Shown here: piece by piece, positions 51,001-62,247 of the stretch | How the letters are laid out: the number at the start of each line of letters is the position of its first letter | Position numbering within the stretch: the stretch's first letter is position 1 | Translations under genes and position numbers: made by a program | NCBI GenBank assembly: GCA_977017645.1 | Contig: OZ360235.1 | Location: 90,458,001-90,522,000, forward strand | Source: Torpedo marmorata | Lineage: Eukaryota | Reading direction: 5' to 3' | DNA length: 64,000 nt | The notes under the pieces: model-generated | Told to the model about the DNA's origin: nothing | Database searches by the model: none | Seen by the model: only the letters and a program-made list of their open reading frames with translations

Positions 51001-51329
51001 GATGGTGGCGCCGGAAGTGCCAGCATCAAAGATGGCCACCTCCACTCTTCGCACGAGGTCTTCGCCGGAAGTGACAGCAGGTAAGATGGCCGCTCCCGCA
51101 TCTCGCACGCGGCGCTGCTCGGACCCGCGCGCGACTTGGAGCGGCAGGCCTTCACATAATGGCCTTTCTTGCCGCAGCTGGAGCAAGTCGCGTTGCGGGT
51201 CGGGCAGCGTTTCCTTTGGTGCTTATCGAGCCCGCAGAAGTAGCACTTCTCGGGCTCGCGGTTAACAACTGCGGCGGTGAGAATAGCGGCGGTAGCGATC
51301 GGGTTGCGGCAAACGGCGGCGGCAGTCAA
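48030..51329 (-). CDS. pol: Gag C-terminus and Pol polyprotein
   Basis: 1099-aa ORF: CSSCGKKGHYVKAC, LFDTGS, YLDD, SDASD..EKEAQA..TDQ, HDALCH..CRVC, D-D-E (SIDFKG, HSDWG, VERE). Confidence 0.95.
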   Translation of the reverse strand: MTAAAVCRNPIATAAILTAAVVNREPEKCYFCGLDKHQRKRCPTRNATCSSCGKKGHYVKACRSKSRAGPSSAACEMRERPSYLLSLPAKTSCEEWRWPSLMLALPAPPSYSPTSVLPALPPLPSCSASSSDMCNPRERPSLVTADQDDYIPTLASVTLDQRVPHQLSRSMMDILVEGHKTTCLFDTGSMESFIHPDTVQRCGLTTIPVSQRVAMASGSHTTDIRGTCVANIVVQGTEYRQFSLFIMNRLCAPVLLGLDFQSHLRSVTMRYDGPHPAITVANHQFLNNTPQTTCGLSTLKISPPSLFANLTPDCKPVATKSRRYSAGDRAFIKTEVQRLLQGGIIERSNSPWRAQVVVVKGAKSRMVVDYSQTINRFTQLDAYPLPRIADIVNQIAQYRFFSTIDLKSAYHQLPIRREDRPYTAFEADGRLFHFLRVPFGVTNGVSVFQREMDRIVDHYKLKAIFPYLDDITFCGHDRQDHDNNLRRFLQAAKALNLTYNKDKCVFGTTRLAILGYVVENGVIGPDPDRMRPLLELPLPSTPKALKRCLGFFSYYAQWVPNYADKARPLVKSTAFPLASEARKAFDLIKGDIARATMHAVDEETPFQVESDASDFALAATLNQAGRPVAFFSRTLQGPEIRHSAVEKEAQAKVEAIRHWRHYLAGKHFTLLTDQRSVAFMFNNQQWGKIKNDKIMRWRIELSTYNYNILYRPGKLNEPSDALSRGSCASAQIDRLHALHDALCHPGVTRLFHFVKSRNLPYSLEEVRTMISSCRVCAECKPQFYRPDKAQLVKATRPFERLSIDFKGPLPSTNRNVYFLNIIDEYSRFPFAIPCPDTSATSTIKALHQVFTLFGFPNYIHSDWGSAFMSEELRQYLLTRGIATSRTTGYNPRGNGQVERENATVWKAALLALKSRGLLVSRWQDVLPEALHSIRSLLCTSTNATPHERLFSFPRKSNTGTTLPAWLTSPGPVLLRNHLRSSKYEPTVQRVQLAHANPQYAYVVFPDGREDTVSIRDLAPAGAPEETLDGQDHLLQPLPNPPSSTSDPAPSPGPSTHQEARQEATSQTILPSPPSPQPAPSPRGLRRSQRRIRPPDRLDL

Positions 51330-51888
51330 ATCGCTGGCAGGGCTGGGGGACGGGGCTGACCATGGCGTCCGAGTTCCGCAGCGCGGCCTCCAGCGTGTGG
51401 GCCATTGAGACAGCAGTACGGAGGTTCAGGTCGGCGTGCTCCAGCAGCCGCTGGCGCACGTATACCGACCTGATCCCCATGATGAACGTGTCCCACTCCA
51501 GCAATTCGACGTGTTCCTCTGCAGTCAGCGCCTTACAGTCGCACGCTCGTACCAGCGACTGTATGTCCCTGACATACTCCACGATCGACTCCCCGGCCCG
51601 CTGTTTTCGCATTAATAGTCTGTACCTTGCGTAGACCGCGTTAACAGGCATCACGTAGATTCTCTTCAGCGCATCCATCGCCTCCGTGTAGGTTTTACAG
51701 TCCCGAACTGTCGAGAATAACAGAGGGCTTACCCTGGACACGAGGACCCTCAGTTTCTGCTCCTCGCTTTCCGCTTTGATCGTCATCATAAAGGACTCGA
51801 GACAGCGTAGCCAGTGTTCAAAAGAGTTACCGGCATCAGGAGCTAGATGATCGATGTCCAGTCGGTCCGGTCTTAGAGAGCTCTCCAT
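51262..51888 (-). CDS. gag: Gag N-terminal part
   Basis: ATG 23 nt after the 5' LTR; VYARYRLLMRKQRAGESIVEY motif; frameshifted relative to the pol ORF. Confidence 0.88.
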   Translation of the reverse strand: MESSLRPDRLDIDHLAPDAGNSFEHWLRCLESFMMTIKAESEEQKLRVLVSRVSPLLFSTVRDCKTYTEAMDALKRIYVMPVNAVYARYRLLMRKQRAGESIVEYVRDIQSLVRACDCKALTAEEHVELLEWDTFIMGIRSVYVRQRLLEHADLNLRTAVSMAHTLEAALRNSDAMVSPVPQPCQRFDCRRRLPQPDRYRRYSHRRSC

Positions 51889-52280
51889 CAGATTTTAAAT
51901 GATAATAAAATTGATAGGCCTATCAATAAGCACTCAAAAGACTATGAGTGGAAACGAACCATAGGCTTTTATTATCATTAAACACAGCTACAGTCGACCT
52001 GCAGATCTGATCCCGGACTGTGGGCGGGACGGTGGCACAATGGCCTTTATTCAGGTGAGGAAGGGGGAGGGATTATCGGGACACCCAGGGGAGGGGGAGG
52101 AGACACCGGGACAGACCGCAGGACATACTCATACTACACAATACCTAAACAGTGGTTTACCACACCCTCCTCCCCCTCTTTGCTGCTGTCCCCTCCCTCC
52201 TTTCTCCACCTATCATCTCCTGCCTTTGCCATCCCCCTTCCCCCCTCACTCTTTTGTTCGGACGCCTACCGGCATTTTCT

Positions 52281-52321
52281 CATACTTTGATGAAGGGCTC
52301 AAGCCCGAAACGTCGGTTATG
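52281..52321 (+). ncRNA. Minimal hammerhead ribozyme, U3 variant
   Basis: Same sequence as 46460-46500 in the opposite orientation. Confidence 0.7.
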
Positions 52322-52592
52322 TATTTCTACCTTTGCTACATAAAATACACTGTTTGACCTGCTGAGTTTCTCCAGTATTTGTGTTTTTTACATCTCCCAT
52401 TCAATGTCTGCTCGGTTCAGGGGCACCTTGCAGTCCAAGACGAGCAGATGTGTAGATGGCATTGCGGTTGATGGAGTGCTGCCCTACCATGCCAATGAAA
52501 TGCAGCATCACTACCAGAGTAAAATCAATGCCCAGACCCTGAACGAAAAGAACTGGCATGGAGAGAAGGAGAGAGAATTTTCATCAGCTTTC

Positions 52593-53005
52593 NNNNNNNN
52601 NNNNNNNNNNNNNNNNNNNNNNNNNNNNNNNNNNNNNNNNNNNNNNNNNNNNNNNNNNNNNNNNNNNNNNNNNNNNNNNNNNNNNNNNNNNNNNNNNNNN
52701 NNNNNNNNNNNNNNNNNNNNNNNNNNNNNNNNNNNNNNNNNNNNNNNNNNNNNNNNNNNNNNNNNNNNNNNNNNNNNNNNNNNNNNNNNNNNNNNNNNNN
52801 NNNNNNNNNNNNNNNNNNNNNNNNNNNNNNNNNNNNNNNNNNNNNNNNNNNNNNNNNNNNNNNNNNNNNNNNNNNNNNNNNNNNNNNNNNNNNNNNNNNN
52901 NNNNNNNNNNNNNNNNNNNNNNNNNNNNNNNNNNNNNNNNNNNNNNNNNNNNNNNNNNNNNNNNNNNNNNNNNNNNNNNNNNNNNNNNNNNNNNNNNNNN
53001 NNNNN
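52593..53005. other. Assembly gap (413 N)
   Basis: Run of N. Confidence 1.
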
Positions 53006-53074
53006 TCCAGCCATGATGTGTTGCCATGGAGAGTGTGCATTTGAGGGCTGATGCTTCTCAGGATAAGAGTAAGG

Positions 53075-53610
53075 AAGTCATGTTGTAGCTGTATAAAACT
53101 TTCGTGAAGCCGCATTTGTGTATTGTGTACAATTCGGCTTGCCCCATTGCAGGAAAGATGTGGTAACTTTGGAACGTGGATCAGAGATGAACCTGGATTG
53201 GAGGGTATGAGTGAGAAGGAGCGTTTGGACGAACTTGGATTCTTTTCTCTGGCGTATGGACACCTGATAGAAGTTTATAAAATCGTAAGAGGCACAGTAA
53301 AGAGTAAACAGAGTCTTTTTCCCAGGGTTAAGATACCACATGCCAGAGAACATGTGTTTAAGGTAAGGGGGAGAGGTTTAAAGGAGATGTGTGGGGCAAA
53401 TGTTTTTGCACAGAGAGTGGTAGGTGCCTGATACCGGCTGCCGGCAGTAGTGGTGGAAGCAGACAGGGTAGCAGCATTTAAGAGGCTTCGAAACAAACAT
53501 GTGAAATGCAGAGAATGGAGGATTCTGTACCATGAGCAAGTAGCAGAGATTTAGTTGAATCTGGCATTATGTTTGGTGCAGAAGGGCCTGTTCCTGTGCT
53601 GTACTGTTCT
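53075..53610 (+). mobile_element. CR1 3' fragment
   Basis: ERLDELGFFSL..LIEVYKIVRG; CR1 tail. Confidence 0.85.
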
Positions 53611-53902
53611 ACGACCTAAAGCAGTGCCACGTGCAGAACTGAGTACAGTCCTGCCAGGAACCGCACAGTTTTGCCTCATACTGTGTGAAACCTGTGGCTG
53701 ACCAACTTCACAGTGTATTTTGGAGTGACCTAATTTCATACAAGCGCTAAGTCGATGGTGTTTGAGCACAGTAGCAGAAGGTGTAAGTCTGTTGTTAATT
53801 TGCTCTGTCAGAATTGCCGTGAATAGGTGTAGTCTTAAAAATACATTGGAAACACAATAATGAAGCACATGGCTCTTCAGAATTTCACAATTTTAATAGG
53901 AA

Positions 53903-54128
53903 GTACGGTTAGCATAATGATTAGTGCAATGTGATTGCAGTGCCAGCGACCCAGGTTTGAATCAGCTGCTGTCTGTAAGGAGTTTGTACGTTCTCCCTGT
54001 GACCTGCGTGGATTTTCTCTGGGTGCTTCAGTTTCCTCCCAAGTTCCAAAGACGTACAGGGTTGGTAGGTCAATTAGGCAGCACGGGTTTCATGTGCCGG
54101 AAGGGCTTTTTACCTTGCTGTATCGTTG
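53903..54128 (+). mobile_element. V-SINE copy (diverged)
   Basis: CTGTCTGTAAGGAGTTTGTACGTTCTCCC core. Confidence 0.85.
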
Positions 54129-55294
54129 AAAAAAATGAAGCCAATACAAAAACTATACACAGCTTCAAATTATATATTTACTTGAAAAAAATCATGTCAC
54201 TTGCAAACAACATTTAAATATTATATTGAGTACAGATAAACCTCATTTAACTATTGTCCAAATTTAACCATATTCCAAATATTGCTCAGTTTCAAGATAT
54301 GTGCATTGGGGAATCTGGATCTGGAATCCCTTGATTTGCTTTGTAAACCTTCAGTCTTCCACTTCTGAGTCCCAAGTCGCAGTGCAGCAGTCAAACCTGA
54401 AGCTAACACTGTTCAACTTGAAGGACAGAATGGCAGGCGGGCTCAGTTGGATGGCTGGATGGAAGAGACAAACTGAGTGAGTGTTTCAAATCAGGGAGCT
54501 CTCATCAGAGCCGACAGTTAGTTTGCTCTGATTAAAGACCATCAATCTGAAATGGTGACCCTGTCTCTCGCTCCACAGTGACTGCCTGCCCCACTGAGTA
54601 TCTCCAGCATTTTCTGATTTCAGATTTACAGCACTTCCAGCATGCCTACTTCTTTCAGTAGGTTGCTTGTGCTGGGGGTAGGAATAGAGCCTCAAGACCT
54701 CAGAATAAAGTTGTGGTCAAACTCTGTTCAGTCTTTGTGAATTTACCACAGTGCAGTTGTGTTAGAACTGACCCAAAGGCAATGGTGTGGGTATCATCTC
54801 AGACAGTATTCTTCGAATTTGCCTTTGTACACGCGTGGGTTTCTGATGAATGAAACTCCAACAAACTGTGGCCCATTCTCAGCTTGGTTAAAAGGTTTAA
54901 TGTGTGTTCCAAGTGCAGTGAGTTGGAGCACTGCCCTCCATGCCCTCTGCCAGCCGTTGGCTAATGTTGATATTTCTCCATTATTCTGCTGCCACTTTCC
55001 TCCCCAGTGGTGACCAGGCGACATGAAAACCATCAAGGCCACTACCCCAGCACAGCCGCTGCTCAAACCGCACAGGGACACTGCCCAACACACGAGACAT
55101 TTTTCTCACTACCAAAATTCCTGTTGTTGTTTCAAAAAAGTTGCTATTTAGAGGCGAAAGTATGCTTTCAAATTTGAACGATCCCAGCTCAATGCATTCC
55201 AGCACTCTTCATTGGTGTAGAATCCGTACTACCGAGTGATTACATGCCTTAGAAAATCACGGTTGCAAACTTTCCCTAAACTGGGTATTTATCA

Positions 55295-55845
55295 TTATTA
55301 TCTGGTTAGACCATACATGGAGTATTGTGTTCAGTTTTGGTCAGCTCATTACAGGAAGCATATAGATGCTTTGGAGAGGATGCAGAGGAGATTTACCAGG
55401 ATGTTGCTTGGATTGAAGAACATGTCTTATGAAGGAACGTTGATCGAACTCGGGCTTTTCTCTTCAGAGTGACGGAGGATGAGAGCTGACTTAATTGAGG
55501 TACATAGGATTATGAGAGACTTAGATAGAATTGACAGCCAGCACCTTTTTCCCGGGGTAGCAACGGCCAATACCAGAGGACTTCTGTTTAGCATGAGTGG
55601 AGGAGGGAGGCCTCAGAGGTAACCTTTGTACTCAGAGTGGTGGATGCCTGGAATGCATTGCTGGAGGTGGTGGTGGAGGCTGATACAATGGGACATTCAA
55701 AAGACTCTTAGATAGGCTCATGGATGTAAGAAAAATAGAGGGTTATGGGTGAGGTCGGAAGGGTTAGACTGTTGTGCAGTAGGTTGACATTGATCAGCAT
55801 AACATCATGGGCTGAAGGGCCTGTTCTGTGCTGGAATGTTCTATT
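55295..55845 (+). mobile_element. CR1 3' fragment
   Basis: LVRPYMEYCVQFWSAHYRK. Confidence 0.9.
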
Positions 55846-56554
55846 ATCATGTGGCTGGATGGAGTGCCCAATGTGAAGTAACATTCAATGCCATCAGCTC
55901 AGTTTAAAGCCTTTCACAATTCAGTGATAGAGCTGCAACAAGGGGTCACTGTGCTTTCTTGGCATGGTTTGAGCAAGTTAAAACCCAACTGAAGTCACTT
56001 CCCGCAGTGCCACTAATTGAAGGAGTTGAAATGCTGGAAATTTGGTACCACTGTTGAGATTGTGCCAGAAAATTGCCTTGGAGCTGTGGAGTTTAAACTT
56101 TCTTTCTTGACTGAACTTGCTCTTTTTCTCCATTAAATTTGGTGAATACAAACCTTTACAACTTTCAAATTAAATAGACAAACACAATTGTTCTGATAAA
56201 TAAGCCATCAACAAATTTTGCACATATTGAAATTCGAAGAGAAAATTTATACTGCCTTTCTTGCAATAGCTTTCTTATGTCTTATGTGTTGTCACTGACA
56301 GAAGCACAAAATGCAATCTGTGAGCACAAAGACCTCAGAAATGGTGATGATCAGATCATCATTTTTATCTCAGTGCAAAGATTGAAAGATAAATATTGTC
56401 CAGGACACTTGCCTCCTTTTACACCCACCTGAAAGGGCGAATGGACTTTGGTTTAACCGTATTGAAAGTCGCAATGTCCAACAAACCAGTGATTCCACAT
56501 TGATCGATTTTATGCTATACTCTCTAAACCTGAACCTGTACCTTCGGAATCTAG

Positions 56555-56865
56555 AATCAGGAGAATGTTCCTGATGTCGAAGAAGTCCAGGACACAGTCG
56601 AGGGATAAGGGGAAGCCATTTAGGACTGAGATGAGAAGAAGCTTCTTCACACGGAGTTCTGAACTTGTGGAACCATAGAAGGTTGTTGAGGCCGTTCACT
56701 GGATATATTCAAAAGGGAGTTGGATGTGGCTCTTCTGGCTGAAGGGATCAAGGGGTATGGAGAGAAAGCAGGAATCGGGTACTTGCATGATCAGCTGCCA
56801 TCACATTGAATAGCAATGCAGGCAGGACGGGCTGAATGGCCTATCCTACGCCTATTTTCTCATAT
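56555..56865 (+). mobile_element. CR1 3' fragment
   Basis: Similar to 41640-41960. Confidence 0.8.
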
Positions 56866-57749
56866 TCAATCATACTGGTGGAATTTAATGTATACTATTG
56901 CATTTTTTAGCAAAATTACCTGTTTGGCTGCATGTGTACATTGTGTATGACAGCAAACTCATTGTCACTATCATTCAGAGATCAGAGTTCTGTCCACTGA
57001 GCCTGCTAATGCCAGAAGTCAGAACTTCGCAGTTCATTGTTTGTCACCTGGGTCTTAGGGAAGCTGCTGCCATGTATGCCACTCCATTGTCGCCGCACGA
57101 ACTGAGATCACGCGACTTCATCCTGATTTGGGATTGAACCCGTAACTTGTTCTGTGCAGCTCCGTAATGCAGTCTCATCCTTGGACACAAATGCTTTGGC
57201 CTTTCTAACATCCCCATCTGGAAACAGTGGCCGATGGAATGACTGAAGTAAGGATCAATGGTTTGTGAGACTGCCTTCATTCATTGTGGTCTTCCCAGGA
57301 AACTGGCTGCAACTTCAAGATCTCAATGAACGGGTAGTTTAACACTGCAGCACTTAATTACCATTGAGAGTACACCCACCACCCACCTACAAACGCCACT
57401 CCACAAGCTGTGTACTTTGCAGTCTGAACCTATTTTATCAACATCAGGAATCTGAGAAGAAGGTGAAGATGATGAGAGTTGATTGTCTAATACATTAGTA
57501 CAATGTACAGATGCACTGATATTCTTACTTGCTGCATCCTTGCAGTTACTTAAGATACACCAACTACAATTTGCCAAGACAGAAAAAGAGAGAATAAATA
57601 TAAATAATAGATAAATATATATTGATGAAGGTGGTGCAAGAAAAAAGTGTATTGTCTCTTTTTTCCACAATAGATGAGTTACATTTTGTTGCATGAGAGG
57701 TAAGATAGTTTATTATTCATCATCACTGCTCAGCAAATGCCAAAAAACA

Positions 57750-58255
57750 TCAAGTTCAAGTTTATTATCATCTGACTGAACATATACAACCAGATGAAAC
57801 AGCGTTCCTCCGGACTGCGGTGCAAACACAGGCACACACAATACACATCACTAATAATCATGAAGATATAATTTAAAATAACTACATAAATATTTTGGGA
57901 TGATTTACTCGGTTCCAGGGTACTGCTCATCAATCTCACAGTCTGCGGGAAGAAGCTATTTCCCAGCCTGGCAGTCCTGATTTTGACGCTCCTTCTTGAT
58001 GGTAGTGGGTCAAAGATATTGTGTGCTGGTTGGAAAGGGTCCTCAATAATTCTTTGAGTCCTAATTATGAATGCTCCCAGTGAATGTTGTCAATAGAGGA
58101 AAGGGAGACCCCAGTGATCTTCTTGGCCGTTTTCATGATCCTTTGTATTGGCTTCCAGTCCAATGCTTTGCAGCTACCGTACCACACAATGATGCAGCCA
58201 GGCAGGACACTTTGAATTGTGCTCCTGTAAAATGTTGTGTAGTTTGCATACATGA
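57750..58255 (-). mobile_element. Rex1-type LINE 3' fragment
   Basis: FYRSTIQSVLPGCIIVWYGSC; (TTGAAC)n-like tail. Confidence 0.8.
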
Positions 58256-58369
58256 ATTATCATTCTCTTGGATAAATATTTTGAAGTGTAACAATTTTAA
58301 AACAGTACAGGTGCTTACATTTTGGTTTGATACTCCGTAATCTCAAAACAGTTCAAAATATTAACTGTT

Positions 58370-58545
58370 AATGGTTAGTGTAGCAGTTAGTGCAACACTA
58401 TTACAGCACCAATGACCTGGGTTCAAATCCGGCACTGTCTGTAAGAAGTTTGTACGTTCTCCCCGTGTCTGTGTTGGTTTCCCCGGGTGCTCTGGTTTCC
58501 TCCCACCTTCCAAAATGTACGGGGTTGTAGTTTAATTTGGGTGAA
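58370..58545 (+). mobile_element. V-SINE copy (truncated)
   Basis: Consensus match. Confidence 0.82.
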
Positions 58546-59619
58546 ATTTGGTGGTAAGGATTTAAATGACTGGAATCGGCTTCTAGCATGCTGCATCCAG
58601 ATGCTTTGACTGCCTTTGCCAGCCAGATGACATTCACATTGCTGGATACCAGGAATGTTGATGAACTGTGGCCAGACAGCAGTTGATATCATGGAGATCC
58701 CCAGAACTTTCTCATTTGCTCCATTCAGGGTTTGTTGATTTGCTTCCAAATCCAGGCAGATTAACTTCTCTCAAAGTGACATCCTAATACCATGATATCG
58801 GCTTCATTTTCTGGTTTGTTGCCTTCTTTTGATACCTCAATCTGCCAAGGGAATAAGGAGAAAACCTTCTAAATGTATCATCAAGCCCTTTCTCTCACTG
58901 TTGCAAGCACCAATCTGGTAATGATTCCTTGTAGGCCAGTTGTCAGAAACTCCTAACTTCTACCACATGTTTGGTTGAAAAATCAATTATTTTGTTTCCA
59001 GGGATTTTCTCTTTCAGGAAACATTAGCCCGCCTCCTGTCAGTAATGCAGATCCATTTCCTTTCAAGTCCATTCCATGGAGCAACGTTGCCTTCTTGATT
59101 TCCTTTTCCCTTCCCCAACACCTGCATCAGAATGTCTGAAGCCGTTCCCTTGGGCCGACCCTCCCATCTGATCCTCACGCAATCCCGCACTGCAGAGAGA
59201 TCGGCCGTGAATTACAATTGGACAAGAGGTTTTTGGGTTTCATCTTTCGAGGTGCGAAAGGTAAACCAGGAACAGCAAAGAGCAAAAATAAAAACTGAAG
59301 ATATTCAAAGCACTCAGCACTCCACCCTCTCTGTCTGAGGGTTTTGGGTTCAAACAACAGCCGAGAGGTTTCCACACTGAGCGTGCGCTCGCACCTCTGC
59401 ACAGCATCAGGCTATTTCTCAGGTGTGAAGAAGAAAGGCAGCAAACCTCTCCCAAAATCTGCTAATTATCCACTCTCAAGGGACATTAGTGTCCATAGAA
59501 AGAAGAGCAGGGTGACAAATTTGGGTCAAAACTTTTTCATTTTTCGTTCAGATTTCGGATATCTGCATCATTTTTAATTATTATTGGTATGGATTAGCAA
59601 GTGCACCAAGGATACATTT

Positions 59620-62035
59620 CAAGGATGGATCAAGGAAAAGCATAGGAGATAGAAGAGGAAATCTTTGCAGTGACTGAGAATTAAAAATCTGTGCTGACCA
59701 ACTTACCAATGAATTCATGGATATCTTCAACATCTCACTCCGGCAGGGCGTGGTACCCACCTGTTTCAAACAGGCCTCAATCATAGAATCAAGAAGAGTG
59801 TAGTAACCTGCCTTAATGACTATCAACCAGTAGCACTTACATCAACAGTGATGAAGTATTTTAAAAGGCTGGTGTTGTAGCACATCAGCTCCTGTCTGAG
59901 TGGCGACAGGGATACATCCCAGTTCACCTATCGCAGCAACAGGTCTACGGCGGATGCCATCTCACTGGCTCTACACAAAGCCCTGGAAAACCTGGACAGC
60001 AAAGATCCCACTACTAGACACATCTTCCCCGCTCCTCCCCTCTCTGCCTTCCATAGGGACCGCTCCCTCCGTGACTCCCTCGTGCACTCATCCCTCCCCA
60101 CCAATCACCTCCCTGGCACCTTCCCCTGTGGCCGCAGGAGGTGCCACACTTGCGCCCACACCTCCTCCCTCACCACGGTCCGGGGCCCCAAAGAGACCTT
60201 TCAAGTGAAGCAACACTTCACCTCTGTATCCGCAGGACTGATTTAGTGCATCCGGTGCTCCCTTTGTGGCCTTCTCTACATCGGAGAGACTGGGCGCAGA
60301 TTGGGAGATCGCTTCGCTGAGCACCTTCGCTCCGTCCGCCACAGTGACAGAGACCTCCCAGTAGCCAACCCTTTCAGTTCTGTGTCACACTCCCATACTC
60401 ACATGTCTGTCCATGGCCGTATGTACTATCCCACCCAGACCACCCGCAAATTGGAGGAACAACACCTAATTTTTCCGTCTGGGCACTCTCCAGCCAGATG
60501 GCATTAACATCGACTTTTCTGGTTTCTGTTAACCTGCCCCCTCCCCCCTTCCCTTCCCCCTTTCCAGTTATCCTCCCTCCCTTCTCCCTCTATTCACCCA
60601 GCCATCCCTCTTCCCCTTGATCGCTGCTATCCCCTCCCTCCCTTCTCCACCTATCACCTCCAGCCTTTGCGACCACACCTCCCCCCCTACTTTTTTGTTC
60701 GGACACCGGCCGACATTTTTCCATACATTGATGAAGGGCTCTAACCCGGAACGTCGGTTATGTATTTATACCTTTGCTATATAAAGGACACTGCTTAACC
60801 TGCTGAGTTTCTCCACAATTGTGTTTTTACTGCATTCATTAGGATGCTCTTTAGCGACTACAGTTCGGCATTTAACACCATCATCCCCTCAAAACTGATC
60901 AGCAAACTTCAAGACCTGGGACTCAACACCCCACTGCGTAATTGGTTCATGGATTTCCTCACCTCTAGTCCACAATCAGTGAGGATTGGTAAGAAAATCT
61001 CCTCCACAATCTCCATCAGTACTGGAGCACCACAGGGCTGCGTTCTTAGCCCCCTGCTCTACTCACTTTACACCTACAACTGTGTGGCTCGGTACGACAA
61101 TAACACCATCTACAAATTTGCTGACGATACAACGGAAATGGGTTGTATAAAGAAAGGCGATGAGTCAGCATACAGGAGGGAGATTGAAAACTTGGCTGAA
61201 TGGTGCACTAACAATAACTTCGCACTCAATGTCACCAAAACCAAGGAGCTGATTGTTGACTTCAGGAAGGGAAAACCAGAGGTGTACAATCCAGTGATCA
61301 TTGGGGGATCAGAGGTTGAGAATGTGAGCAAATTTAAGTTCTTGGGAATCACTATCTCAGAGGATCTTTCCTGGACCCAATGCACTAATGGCATCATGAA
61401 GAAAGCACGTCAGCGCCTCTACTTCCTCAGGAGTTTGCGGAGGTTTGGTATGACATCGTAAACCCTCGCAAATTTCTACCGATGTGTGATGGAAAGTGTG
61501 CTGACCGGCTGCATCACAGTCTGGTATGGGGACACCAATACCCCTGAGAGTAAACTCTCCAAAAGGTAGTTGACACAGCCCAGGACATCACAGGCAAAAT
61601 CCTCCCCACTATCGAGAACATCTACAGGGAACGCTGCCGTCGGAGAGCAACAGCAATCATCAAGGATCCACCCAGCACACGCTCTGTTCTTGCTGCTGCC
61701 ATCAGGAAAGAGGTATAGGTGCCACAAGACTCACACCACCAGGTTCAGGAACAGCTGCTTCCGCTCCACCATCAGACTCCTCAACAACAAACTCAATCAG
61801 AGACTCATTTAAGGACTCTTACTTGTGCACTTTATTGATTTTTTTATTCTCTTTGTATTGCACAGTCAGTTTGTTTACATTCGTTATCTGTTTACAGTTC
61901 TTTATTTGTTTACATGTTTACATTGTGTACAGTTTTGTTTGCACTACCGATAAGTGGTAATTCTGCCTTGCCTCTCGGAAAAAGAATCTCAGGGTTGTAT
62001 GTGATGTCATGTACATATGTACTCTGACAAAAAAT
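59620..62035 (+). mobile_element. Rex1-type LINE RT fragment interrupted by Penelope
   Basis: [31 protein letters not shown]; LDSKD|AFIRMLF is restored across the insertion. Confidence 0.9.
60006..60831 (+). mobile_element. Penelope 3' fragment (GIY-YIG, tail, mutated hammerhead at 60722-60762)
   Basis: Close paralog of 47095-47690 and 52165-52391. Confidence 0.92.
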
Positions 62036-62247
62036 TGGAAATCTGATAAGCTGGAACTGGTTGGTAAGAATGATGGTTGGGGTGAGCAAAAAATGGAGGG
62101 TTATGCTGTGGGGAAATTCGAGGCAGTTGTTAGAGTAGGTTATCAGGTCGGCACAACACTGGGTCGAAGGGCCTGTGCTGTGCTGTAGATATCTCTTTTT
62201 GATATAATAGTCTTTCACACATAAAACTACATGTTGAAAGTTAAATT

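Larger units (their letters stand above)
47694..52164 (-). mobile_element. Young full-length Gypsy (Mag-like) LTR retrotransposon
   Basis: 253-bp LTRs 47694-47946 and 51912-52164 with one mismatch that I could see; TSD CCCTC; PPT AAAAGGAGGGGTGAA; gag with two Zn knuckles, PR, RT, RH, IN. Confidence 0.98.
46354..52391 (+). mobile_element. 5'-truncated Penelope element with an inverted 5' terminal repeat, split by Gypsy element 2
   Basis: 14-bp TSD ATCTCCCATTCAAT at 46340-46353 and 52392-52405; inverted tail 46354-46680; tail resumes at 52165. Confidence 0.93.

Noticed and set aside
52404-53115. Long ORFs containing X
   Set aside because: Artefacts of the N gap.
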